64,000 nt of DNA from Hyphomicrobiales bacterium (GTDB lineage Bacteria; Pseudomonadota; Alphaproteobacteria; Rhizobiales; UBA4765): contig JAIEPZ010000008.1 in the NCBI GenBank assembly GCA_019748135.1, positions 31,453 through 95,452 of the forward strand, given 5' to 3'. Position 1 is the first letter of the stretch; every line of letters begins with the position of its first letter. The notes under the pieces are model-generated. The model searched no databases. It was not told the origin of the DNA and saw nothing but the letters and a program-made list of their open reading frames with translations. Of the stretch, positions 47,238-56,230 are shown piece after piece. The position numbers and the translations under genes are program-made.

Positions 47238-47513
47238 TTAGCGGCGACGGGGGGCGCCGCGAAAAGCACCACCGCCGGGAGGGGGCCCACCTTCGCCCTT
47301 ATGGCGGAAGGTCAGGCGCCCGCGATCAAGATCGTAAGGTGTCATTTCAACCGTGACGCGATCACCCGCTAGCGTCTTGATGCGGTTTTTCTTCATCTTG
47401 CCGGCGGTATAGGCGACCACCACATGGTCGTTTTCCAGCTTCACCCGGAATTTGGCATCGGGCAGGACTTCAAGAACCGTGCCTTCAAATTCCAGTGCTT
47501 CTTCTTTCGCCAT
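47238..47513 (-). CDS. infA: Translation initiation factor IF-1 (with a ~19-aa Gly/Pro/Arg-rich C-terminal extension)
   Basis: [72 protein letters not shown] is a canonical S1-like IF-1. It is followed by [19 protein letters not shown]. Confidence 0.9.
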   Translation of the reverse strand: MAKEEALEFEGTVLEVLPDAKFRVKLENDHVVVAYTAGKMKKNRIKTLAGDRVTVEMTPYDLDRGRLTFRHKGEGGPPPGGGAFRGAPRRR

Positions 47514-47628
47514 CTAGGTCGATTGCTCCATCAGCTATTCAAAATATTGCGGACCTGCTTGTCCTCGCATGTGCGCTGCACAGGCTTTTATACGGTTTTT
47601 CGCTTTCCTCAAGCACCAAACGCGCTGA

Positions 47629-48357
47629 TCAGCCATCCACCTTCGCGGCGGCACGCCGTGCGCGATAGGCATCAATATGAATTTCAAGCTCCGCCCGGTC
47701 AGTCATGCCAGCCGGTTTCAACCGGGTCGCGCATGCCCGCTGGAAGGGCACAAAGCGCTCATGGGCGACGTCAAGCAGGCGGCGCAACTCGACCAGCGGC
47801 TCCCCATGATCATCAACGCGCAGGTCGAGATCGGGAAAGGCCTCGCTGGTCCATATTTTGAGGGCAGCCGATTGCTTGCCCCGCTTGTCGCCGCCGGCTC
47901 TCTGGCCGGCCTCAAGCGCCCGCAGCAGACGCTCATCAAATTCAAGATCCGCACCGGCGACATAGGCTTTCAATGTTTCGTCCACCACTTGCGGGCCGGC
48001 CAGCATGTTGCCGGCAACTGACACGAAGGGCGCTGACACCGATCCGCACCAGTCGATGCATTCGCTGCCCGTGAAGCGGGCCGTCTGGCCGTCCCGGTCG
48101 ATGACGTGGAGCTGGCGATGCTCGCGCCCGCTATCGGCAGCCGTCAGAATGGCGATGACGTCGCTGGCGCTGCGCCCCTCTTGAAGCAGGCGGTGACCAT
48201 CGACCATGTAAAGCGGATTGGTGAAGGCCTGAGAGGCGAGCGCACCAATCAGCCCGCCACCCGCCGGCACACGGGCGCCAACCGCAAAGGCACACGTGGT
48301 GACGGCGACCGCATAGGCGCCGCTTCTGTCGTCTTTGGCGACAATCGACCACGTCAT
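47629..48357 (-). CDS. DUF1028 domain-containing protein (Ntn-hydrolase-like)
   Basis: MTWSIVAKD..SGAYAVAVTTCAFAVGARVP...G.GALASQAFTNP is the DUF1028 N-terminal pattern. Confidence 0.7.
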   Translation of the reverse strand: MTWSIVAKDDRSGAYAVAVTTCAFAVGARVPAGGGLIGALASQAFTNPLYMVDGHRLLQEGRSASDVIAILTAADSGREHRQLHVIDRDGQTARFTGSECIDWCGSVSAPFVSVAGNMLAGPQVVDETLKAYVAGADLEFDERLLRALEAGQRAGGDKRGKQSAALKIWTSEAFPDLDLRVDDHGEPLVELRRLLDVAHERFVPFQRACATRLKPAGMTDRAELEIHIDAYRARRAAAKVDG

Positions 48358-48360
48358 GTC

Positions 48361-50166
48361 TCAGCGCCCGACCGCATATGCCTGCATGAGGCGCGGTGTC
48401 GCGGCAGCATGCAGCACGCCATCCGGGCGGATGCCGGCCGCGGTGAGCCGCCCTACCGACCATTCCGGTGCCACCTCGACGCGGTGGCCGCGCGCTTCGA
48501 GCGCTTTCAGGGCGCCATCTCCAATCGATGCCTCGACCGTCAACTGGCCGGGATTGGCCTCGCGCGGATAGAAGGAGGAGGGAAAATGCTGGGTGTGGAA
48601 GAGCGGCAGATCGATTGATTCCTGCAGGTTCAGCCCATGATGAACATGGCGGAGGAAAAGCGAGAGCTGCCATTGTTCCTGCTGGTCGCCTCCCGGCGTG
48701 CCGAAGACCAGACGCGGCTTCCCATCTTTCGAAGCAAGCGTCGGGGTGAGCGTCGTGCGTGGCCGCTTGCCGGGCGCGAGAGATGCCGGCAGACCTTCCT
48801 CCAGCCAGAACATCTGTGCGCGCGTATTGAGCGCAAAGCCCAGCTCAGGGATGACGGGCGAGGATTGCAGCCACCCGCCCGAGGGGGTTGCCGCGATCAT
48901 ATTGCCCCATTGGTCGATGGCGTCGATGTGGACGGTATCTCCACGGCGCGCGGTGCCGGCCGCCTGCATGCTCTGCATTGTCGGTTCACCAAACGTGCCA
49001 GCCGTCTGCTGTACCGTTCCCAATTTGCGCACGCCTTTCAGCATGCGCGCCACCTGCAATTCATAGCCTGGTACGGTGCCCGGGCGCAGCTCGTGCGAGG
49101 CGCGCGGACCCATCAACTTGCGCCGCTCATCAGCATAGGCAGCAGACAGAAGCTGCTCGATTGGCACCTTCACGAAGGCCGGATCGCCGTAATAGGCCTC
49201 GCGGTCGGCAAAGGCGAGCTTCATCGCCTCTGCAACGGTGTGGACGAAGGCTTCGCCTGCCGGATCGAGCGCGGCGATGTCGATGCCTTCCAGCAATGCC
49301 AGTGTCTGCAGGAAGACAGGTCCCTGCCCCCACGGCCCCGTTTTATGGAGCGTCCAGCCGTGATAATCGCGGGTCAGCGGCGCTTCATAGGTGGCTTTCC
49401 AACTGCCCAGATCATCGCCGGTAAGCAAGCCCTTATGGCGCCGGCCGGAAGCATCGAGCACCTCTTGCGTGCGGCAGAAGCGGTCCATCGCCTCGGCAAT
49501 GAAGCCGCGATAATAGATGTCGCGTGCGGCCTCGAACTGGCCGTCGCGGTCAGGCGTGCGGGCTTCGGCTTCGCCGAGCAAACGCGTCCAGCAGGCAGCG
49601 AGCGCCGGATTGGTGAAAAGCTCGCGGGCTTTTGGCACTCCCCCGCGCGGCAGCCAGACATTGCCCGATGTCGGCCATTCGCTCGTGAACAGCTCACGCA
49701 GTCCGGCAATCGTATCGGCAACGCGCGGTAGCATCGGATGGCCCCTGCCGGCGTAGCCGATGGCCGGCTCCAGAATATCGCGCAGCCGCAAGCTGCCGTG
49801 ATCGCGCACCAGCTGCATCCATGCGTCAAAGGCGCCGGGAACGACCGTTGCCAGCAGGCCAGAGCCTGGAATGAGATCAAGGCCCAGCCCCTTGAAAGCC
49901 TGAATGGTGGCGCCCGCCGGCGCGCTGCCCTGTCCACACAAGACCTCAACCTTGTCATTCTTCGCCGAATAGAAAATCGCCGGCACCTCACCGCCTGGCC
50001 CGCACAGATGCGGTTCAACGATCTGCAGGACAAAGGCAGCGGCCGCGCACGCATCGAAAGCCGTACCGTTCCTTTCCAGCATCGACATACCGGTCTGCGA
50101 GGCAAGCCAGTGGGTGGACGTGACGACGCCAAACGTCGCGAGGATTTCAGGGCGGGTTGTGAACAT
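48361..50166 (-). CDS. ggt: Gamma-glutamyltransferase family protein
   Basis: VVTSTHWLASQTGMSMLERNGTAFDA, ...GPGGE... and a later ...DTVHIDAID.WGNM.. (autoprocessing Thr region). I prefer the ATG at 50166. Confidence 0.85.
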   Translation of the reverse strand: MFTTRPEILATFGVVTSTHWLASQTGMSMLERNGTAFDACAAAAFVLQIVEPHLCGPGGEVPAIFYSAKNDKVEVLCGQGSAPAGATIQAFKGLGLDLIPGSGLLATVVPGAFDAWMQLVRDHGSLRLRDILEPAIGYAGRGHPMLPRVADTIAGLRELFTSEWPTSGNVWLPRGGVPKARELFTNPALAACWTRLLGEAEARTPDRDGQFEAARDIYYRGFIAEAMDRFCRTQEVLDASGRRHKGLLTGDDLGSWKATYEAPLTRDYHGWTLHKTGPWGQGPVFLQTLALLEGIDIAALDPAGEAFVHTVAEAMKLAFADREAYYGDPAFVKVPIEQLLSAAYADERRKLMGPRASHELRPGTVPGYELQVARMLKGVRKLGTVQQTAGTFGEPTMQSMQAAGTARRGDTVHIDAIDQWGNMIAATPSGGWLQSSPVIPELGFALNTRAQMFWLEEGLPASLAPGKRPRTTLTPTLASKDGKPRLVFGTPGGDQQEQWQLSLFLRHVHHGLNLQESIDLPLFHTQHFPSSFYPREANPGQLTVEASIGDGALKALEARGHRVEVAPEWSVGRLTAAGIRPDGVLHAAATPRLMQAYAVGR

Positions 50167-50188
50167 GGCTGATCCCTTTTGCACTTGT

Positions 50189-51064
50189 TCAAGAACGGCG
50201 CGGGTCGAGCGCATCGCGCAGCCCGTCACCCATCAGATTGAACGCCAGAACGACCAGGAAAATGGCAAGGCCCGGCCATAACGACATCCACGGCGCCTGC
50301 TCGATAAAGTTCTTGGCGGTGTTCAGCATGGAGCCCCAGGAGGGGGATGGCGGTTGCTGGCCAAGTCCGAGGAAGCTGAGGCTCGCTTCCGCAATGATGG
50401 CTGAGGCGGTGGCAAGCGTTGCCTGCACGATGACAGGCGCGATAACGTTGGGCAGGACATGACGGATTAAAATAACATGATGGGGCAGGCCGATGGCGCG
50501 CGCACCCTCGACATAGTCCTCGGCCTTGACCGAAATCACCTGTCCGCGTGTCAGACGCACGAAGATCGGCATCGCGGCAAGGCCAATGGCGACCATGGCG
50601 TTGGCGAGCGAGGGTCCGAGAAACGCTGCCAGGGCAATCGCCAGAATAAGGAACGGGCAGGCCAGCAATGCCTCGGTGCATCGCGAGATGACCATGTCAA
50701 CAAGGCCGCCGTAATAGCCCGCGACTAGACCAATCGGCAGGCCGATGGCAATGGCAATGGAGACCGATATGACGCCTGCCATCAACGAGGCGCGGGCACC
50801 ATAAAGCATGCGCGCGAACAGGTCGCGCCCGAGTTCGTCTGTCCCCAGCCAGTAGGCGAGGCTTGGTGGCTTGCGAATGGCCAGGAAATTGGTGGTGTTT
50901 GGATCGTAGCGCGTGATCAGGGGGGCCAGGATCGCCATCGTCAGGATCAGCGCGATGACACAGGCGCCGGCTACCGCGCCACGATTGGACAAAAAGCGGG
51001 TGAGCGCTCTGGAGCGCGCCCTCCTTGGGGCAGAGATTTGTGCATTGGTGGCAAGGAGTGTCAT
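50189..51064 (-). CDS. ABC transporter permease (DppC/OppC/GsiD-like)
   Basis: Polytopic BPD-type permease. The ATG at 51064 forms an ATGA overlap with the upstream permease stop. Confidence 0.85.
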   Translation of the reverse strand: MTLLATNAQISAPRRARSRALTRFLSNRGAVAGACVIALILTMAILAPLITRYDPNTTNFLAIRKPPSLAYWLGTDELGRDLFARMLYGARASLMAGVISVSIAIAIGLPIGLVAGYYGGLVDMVISRCTEALLACPFLILAIALAAFLGPSLANAMVAIGLAAMPIFVRLTRGQVISVKAEDYVEGARAIGLPHHVILIRHVLPNVIAPVIVQATLATASAIIAEASLSFLGLGQQPPSPSWGSMLNTAKNFIEQAPWMSLWPGLAIFLVVLAFNLMGDGLRDALDPRRS

Positions 51065-52008
51065 CGCGTGCCCCTCAGACGAGGATTGACGATCACATAG
51101 AGGATATCGGCCAGGAGATTCATGGCGATGAAGCCGACCGCCACGCACAGCACCACGCCCTGGACGACAGAATAATCGCGGTTGAAGACGCCATCGACGA
51201 TGAGTTTGCCAAAGCCGGGAATGGAGAAAATCTGCTCGGTCAGAACAGCACCCGCCATCAATTCGCCAAACAGCAGGGTTGCGATCGACACGACCGGAAT
51301 GAGGGCGTTGCGGAACGCGTGTTTCCACACAACTGCTGGTTCTAACAGGCCCTTGGCGCGGGCGGTGCGCACATAATCCTGGCTCAATACCTCCAACATC
51401 GATGATCGGGTATGGCGCATGATGGTGGCGGCAAGTGCGTTACCCAGAACAAAGGCTGGCATGATCATCGTTTGCAGAGCGCGCCACGGATCTTCCCAGA
51501 GAGACACGAAGCCTGACGCCGGCAGCAGGCGGAAATTCACCGACACGATGAGAATAAGAATGATGCCCAGCCAGAAATTGGGGATCGACAGACCCGACAG
51601 AGCCAGCGTCGACACCGCGCTGTCGACCCAGGTCCCTTTGCGGGTGGCGGCAAAGACACCCAGGGGAATACCGATTCCTAACGCAAAGATCATGGCAAAA
51701 GCCGCCAACTGCAGGGTAACCGGCAATTTCTGCACGATGAGAGCAGATACCGAGGCGCCGGTGCGCAATGAAGCGCCGAAATTTCCCTGCACCACTTGTT
51801 TGATCCACGCCCAGTACTGCAACGGAATGGGGTCGTCGAAGCGATAGAGCTCGCGCAGATAGGCCAGCACCTGCGGGTCACGCTCCTCGCCGGCAATGAC
51901 CAGAACGGGGTCCCCTGGCAGCAATTTCTGCAGGCCAAAAACGAAAATCGATACGAGTATGAGCGTCGGCAGGGCGACCAGCAGGCGTCGGGCGATCATC
52001 TCCAGCAC
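51061..52008 (-). CDS. ABC transporter permease (DppB/OppB/GsiC-like)
   Basis: MLEMIARRLLVALPTLILVSIFVF... and ...YVRTARAKGL... are typical of DppB-family permeases. Confidence 0.85.
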   Translation of the reverse strand: MLEMIARRLLVALPTLILVSIFVFGLQKLLPGDPVLVIAGEERDPQVLAYLRELYRFDDPIPLQYWAWIKQVVQGNFGASLRTGASVSALIVQKLPVTLQLAAFAMIFALGIGIPLGVFAATRKGTWVDSAVSTLALSGLSIPNFWLGIILILIVSVNFRLLPASGFVSLWEDPWRALQTMIMPAFVLGNALAATIMRHTRSSMLEVLSQDYVRTARAKGLLEPAVVWKHAFRNALIPVVSIATLLFGELMAGAVLTEQIFSIPGFGKLIVDGVFNRDYSVVQGVVLCVAVGFIAMNLLADILYVIVNPRLRGTR

Positions 52009-52114
52009 GGCGAGTGCCTCCAGATCCCAAAGGCGTTGGCGCCTTCGCGATCACCCGGCCTTGCAACGGCCGCAAGCGCCCGAGCCGGAATAGGCCCTGG
52101 CGCCAGCGAGCGCC

Positions 52115-52155
52115 AAGGCACACCGGCAAGCTCTGTAAAAAGAGACCGGTGCCTT
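52115..52155 (-). promoter_or_regulatory. Intercistronic stem-loop after the binding-protein gene
   Basis: The reverse strand reads aaggcaccggtctc-tttttac-agag..ccggtgtgcctt, an extended imperfect hairpin starting 4 nt after the SBP stop codon. Confidence 0.4.
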
Positions 52156-52159
52156 GTGC

Positions 52160-53677
52160 TCATCTGGTGATTTTCATGCCATTCAACCGGATGATGCCGT
52201 CAGGATAAGGCACGAAACCATCCACTTTCGCTGACACGACATAGGGCCAGTTCCAGTAGAGCAAATAGATGATTGGAAGGTCCTCCTGCACAATCTTCTG
52301 CACGGCGTCGTAAAGTTTGCGGCGCTCCGCCGGCTCATATTTGGTCCGCGCCTCATTCATCAGGCGGTCGACCTCGGCGTTCGAATATTTGCCGTCATTC
52401 TGGCCACCGCCGGTCGTCCAGAAGACATGGGTATTGCCATCAGGATCAGCACGCCCCGACCAGCCGACCGAACTCATCTGAAAACGGCCGGCAACCTGCT
52501 CGCGCAGGAGCGTGGCAAATTCTGTCGAACGTATCTTGACGTTGAAGCCGGCTTCGCCGGCCATCGCCTGCACGACCTCGACGAGGCGCAGGAAGACGGG
52601 GTTGTTGGCAGCCTGGATCTCAACGTCGATGGGCGCCTTGTCCAGCCCCGCTTCTTTCAGGAGTTGCCTCGCCTTGGCGACATCGCGGGCGGGTAACTTG
52701 ATATCGGGGTTATGGGCGAAACTTGATGGCGGGAAAGCCTGAATGGCGGGCGGATAGGTGCCCTCAAAGACGACATCGCTCAGCGCCTGACGATCAAGCG
52801 AGAGGCTGAAAGCCTGACGCACGCGCTTGTCGCGCCCCAGCGGGTTGTCGGCTGCCGGGCCATTGCCGACATTGACGGTCAGGCCCTGATAACCAAGCCC
52901 GGTGATCTCGACATATTTGAGCGATGCATCGCTCTTGACGCTCTTCGTATCGGTTGGCGCCAGGCGCTCCAGCATGTCAAGATCGCCCGAGCGCAGATTG
53001 GCCAGACGCACGGTCGTATCGGGAATGGCGCGATAGATGACGCGATCAAACGCATAGTCCTGCTTGCGCCAATGGTCGGCAAAGCGCTCCAGCACGATGC
53101 GATCATTCTGGACGCGTTCGACGAATTTGTAGGGACCCGAACAGACCGGCTTTGCCGCGACATCACTGGCGAGTGATTTTGGCGCCAGCATCATGCCAGC
53201 GCGATCAGACAACGCGTAAAGGATCGTGGCATCGGGTTTCGACAGTTTGAGGAGGATGGTCGAAGCATCGACCACATCAACAGACACGATCGACGCCAGC
53301 TCGGATTTACGCCGCGAATCGGCCAGCGTCCGGGCGCGGTCGAGATTGGCTTTCACCGCCTCGCCGTCCATCGCCTCACCATCGTGGAATTTGACGCCGG
53401 CGCGCAGCTTGATGGTGATTGAAAGACCATCGGGAGCGATCGTCCACGAGGAAGCAAGCTGCGGCACCAGTTCGAGTTTGGGCGAGATATCGATCAGCTT
53501 GTCACAGAGCGCGGCAAAAACCACGCGTCCGACATAGGTGTTGCCCTTGTGCGGATCGAGCGCATCAGGATCTTCCTGCAAGCCGATACGGAAGGTGGAT
53601 TGCGCCGAGGCGGGCGTTGCAGCAGCGCATGCCAGCAAAGCGGCAAGGCCGGTGGCCAGGAACGGATGACGGGTCAT
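52160..53677 (-). CDS. ABC transporter substrate-binding protein, family 5 (peptide/glutathione/nickel type)
   Basis: 505 aa with a signal peptide (LAALLACAAATPASAQ). FRIGLQEDPDALDP... is the SBP_bac_5 pattern. ATGA overlap with the upstream ATPase gene. Confidence 0.85.
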   Translation of the reverse strand: MTRHPFLATGLAALLACAAATPASAQSTFRIGLQEDPDALDPHKGNTYVGRVVFAALCDKLIDISPKLELVPQLASSWTIAPDGLSITIKLRAGVKFHDGEAMDGEAVKANLDRARTLADSRRKSELASIVSVDVVDASTILLKLSKPDATILYALSDRAGMMLAPKSLASDVAAKPVCSGPYKFVERVQNDRIVLERFADHWRKQDYAFDRVIYRAIPDTTVRLANLRSGDLDMLERLAPTDTKSVKSDASLKYVEITGLGYQGLTVNVGNGPAADNPLGRDKRVRQAFSLSLDRQALSDVVFEGTYPPAIQAFPPSSFAHNPDIKLPARDVAKARQLLKEAGLDKAPIDVEIQAANNPVFLRLVEVVQAMAGEAGFNVKIRSTEFATLLREQVAGRFQMSSVGWSGRADPDGNTHVFWTTGGGQNDGKYSNAEVDRLMNEARTKYEPAERRKLYDAVQKIVQEDLPIIYLLYWNWPYVVSAKVDGFVPYPDGIIRLNGMKITR

Positions 53678-54801
53678 GGTGTGATGGAACCTCCCTGAGA
53701 TGACGGTTGACGCAAAGCGTCGGCGAAGACAGCGATGCGCTGCTGGCGTTGGATTGAGGGTGTGAAGGCAAGAGGGGCGCTCGCGCCGGCGGCGGCAATC
53801 TCGCGCCAGAAATGGCAGGAAACGGAGCGACCGCCCTCAACCGTTTCGCTCACGGGCCGCTCACTTGAGCAGCGCGCCCGGGCATGGGCGCAGCGCGTGT
53901 GGAAACGGCATCCCGACGGAGGACGACTTGGGCTCGGCGGATCGCCGTCAAGCAGCGCATGCTGGCGCCGCGCTGCGGGATCAGCAATGGGGGCGGACGC
54001 GATCAGCGCCTGGGTATAGGGGTGAAGCGGCGTCTCGAACAGCGCATCTGCGGGTGCAAATTCGACAATCTCGCCCAGATACATTACCGCCACCCGCTCG
54101 CTGACATGGCGAATGACGGCAAGGTTATGAGCAATCAGCACAAGGGTAAACCCAAGCTCGCTGCCAAGGTCCTCCAGCAGGTTGATGATCTGGGCCTGGA
54201 TCGAGACATCGAGCGCTGATACCGGCTCATCGCCCACCAGGAGGCGCGGCCCGCTGGCGAGCGCCCGGGCAATCGCAATACGCTGGCGCTGACCGCCGGA
54301 AAATTCGTGCGGATAGCGGGATGCATAGGCTTCGGGCAGACCAACCAGCCCCAACATGCGCGCCACATGGTCAGCAACATCCCGGCCCTTCGCGAGCCCA
54401 TGGAAGCGGATCGGCTCGCCAATCAGCGTCGCCACCGTGTGGCGCGGGTTGAGCGAGGCATAAGGGTCCTGAAAGACGATTTGCAGCGCCTTTCTCGTCT
54501 GCCTCATCGCCTTGTCATCAAGGCTCATCAGATCGACGCCCTCAAAACGAACGGAGCCGGCATCAGCCTCAATCAGCCGCAGGAGGCAGCGGCCGAGGGT
54601 TGACTTTCCACACCCCGATTCACCGACGATCGCCAGACGTTCGCCCTTGCGGACCTGCAATGAGACACCGTCAACCGCACGCACCGGATCACTGCGGCCA
54701 AACAGGCGGGATGAGCCGAACTGCTTGACGATACCTTCTGCCTCCAGAATGTTTGGGCGCAGCAGGGGGGATTGTTCGGGTGCGGTATCTGCTTTGGTCA
54801 T
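53674..54801 (-). CDS. ABC transporter ATP-binding protein (DppF/OppF/GsiA-C-half-like)
   Basis: Walker [10 protein letters not shown], signature FSGGQRQRI, Walker B LLVGDEPVSALD, and an oligopeptide-type C-terminal Cys region. Confidence 0.85.
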   Translation of the reverse strand: MTKADTAPEQSPLLRPNILEAEGIVKQFGSSRLFGRSDPVRAVDGVSLQVRKGERLAIVGESGCGKSTLGRCLLRLIEADAGSVRFEGVDLMSLDDKAMRQTRKALQIVFQDPYASLNPRHTVATLIGEPIRFHGLAKGRDVADHVARMLGLVGLPEAYASRYPHEFSGGQRQRIAIARALASGPRLLVGDEPVSALDVSIQAQIINLLEDLGSELGFTLVLIAHNLAVIRHVSERVAVMYLGEIVEFAPADALFETPLHPYTQALIASAPIADPAARRQHALLDGDPPSPSRPPSGCRFHTRCAHARARCSSERPVSETVEGGRSVSCHFWREIAAAGASAPLAFTPSIQRQQRIAVFADALRQPSSQGGSITP

Positions 54802-55841
54802 CGAACCCGCCCGCTTATGGTTTCAATCGGCGCTTCGAAGCAGGCGACACGGTGGCTGCCAATACCGAGTGCGCGCAATGGCGGGCGTTCAGATGTACAT
54901 CTGGCGGTGACAAACGGACAGCGGCTGGCAAAGCGGCAGGCGGATGAAAAAGCTTCCGGCGGCGGCACGCTGCCGGGAATGGCGGCGAGCCGCCCCACGC
55001 GTTTGCCAAGTCCTGGCATCGAGCCCAGCAAGCCGATGGTATAGGGGTGCTGCGGATCATCAAAAATATCCGCAACCGGGCCACGTTCAACCACGCGCCC
55101 CGCATACATGACTGCCACCTCGTCTGCCACTTCCGCGACAACGCCCAGATCATGGGTCACCAGAACGACGGCTGTGCCGCTTTCGGTCTGCAATTGTCGA
55201 ATGAGGGCAAGGATCTGCGCCTGAATAGTGACATCGAGCGCGGTCGTCGGCTCATCGGCGATGAGGAGCGTCGGGTCATTGGCAAGCGCCATGGCGATCA
55301 TCGCGCGCTGGCGCATACCGCCCGACATTTCGTGAGGATAGGCATCAAGGCGTGTTGCGGCTGCGGGAATGCGCACGCGCTCCAGCATGTCACGGGCGCG
55401 CGCCCTGCCCTGGGCCTGGCTGCAATCGCGATGGCGCACGACGCTTTCAGCAATCTGATCGCCGATGGTGAAGGCCGGGTTGAGCGCCGTCATCGGCTCC
55501 TGGAAGATCATGGCCATACGGTCGCCGCGCAAATCAGCCAGAGCATGTTCGCTCAGCGCGAGCAGGTCCCGCCCCTCGAAGCGGACCGCACCGGCGGTTA
55601 CCGTCGCTGCTGGCTTTGGCAACAGCCCCATGACCGCCAGAGAGACAATGCTCTTGCCGCAGCCTGATTCACCCACCACGCACAAAGTCTTGCCAGGGCC
55701 GACGGACAGCGACACGCCATCGGCGACATGGATGCCGGGCGGGTGGGCAGCAAACCGTATCGCCAGATCACTCACATCGAGTACCGGCACGGTCGCGGAC
55801 ACGCCGCGACGTTCTGCAACTTGCCGCTCGACGACGCCCAA
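54798..55841 (-). CDS. ABC transporter ATP-binding protein (DppD/OppD-like)
   Basis: Walker A GESGCGKS, signature MSGGMRQRA and Walker [13 protein letters not shown]. The TTG start at 55841 has AAGGAG 5 nt upstream. Confidence 0.85.
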   Translation of the reverse strand: MGVVERQVAERRGVSATVPVLDVSDLAIRFAAHPPGIHVADGVSLSVGPGKTLCVVGESGCGKSIVSLAVMGLLPKPAATVTAGAVRFEGRDLLALSEHALADLRGDRMAMIFQEPMTALNPAFTIGDQIAESVVRHRDCSQAQGRARARDMLERVRIPAAATRLDAYPHEMSGGMRQRAMIAMALANDPTLLIADEPTTALDVTIQAQILALIRQLQTESGTAVVLVTHDLGVVAEVADEVAVMYAGRVVERGPVADIFDDPQHPYTIGLLGSMPGLGKRVGRLAAIPGSVPPPEAFSSACRFASRCPFVTARCTSERPPLRALGIGSHRVACFEAPIETISGRVR

Positions 55842-55909
55842 AACCGCTCCTTACCCATTTTTCAAGTTTAGATTAAGGGAGTTGGCGCCGGGAGCAAGCA
55901 CCGAATTGC

Positions 55910-56230
55910 CTAAGATACTGGCAGTCCGCTTGGCTTTTGTTGAGCTTGTGGTGCGGCGGCAGGTATCCTGCCGGCGGCACGCAAGACCGAGTTGAGTACA
56001 ATGGCGACGGCCTTGTAGAGTTCAACCGGTATCTGCTGATCAAGCTCGACCTGCGACAGCGCTGCGGCCAGCACCGGATTCTGGTCGATGGATATATTGT
56101 TCGCTTTCGCCGCCTCGACAATGCGGTCAGCCACATGACCTTCGCCCTTGGCAATGACGGTGGGTGCCTTGCCTTTGTTTCGGGCGTAGGCAAGCGCAAC
56201 GGCAATCTTGCGGGCTGGCGATTCACTCAT
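55910..56230 (-). CDS. FlhB C-terminal-fragment-like protein (EscU/YscU/HrcU switch-domain family, stand-alone)
   Basis: The 106 aa align by eye to the post-NPTH part of FlhB: IAVALAY....KAPTVIAKGEGHVADRIVEAAKANNISIDQNPVLAAAL...IPVELYKAVAIVL. There is no TM region and no NPTH site. Confidence 0.7.
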   Translation of the reverse strand: MSESPARKIAVALAYARNKGKAPTVIAKGEGHVADRIVEAAKANNISIDQNPVLAAALSQVELDQQIPVELYKAVAIVLNSVLRAAGRIPAAAPQAQQKPSGLPVS

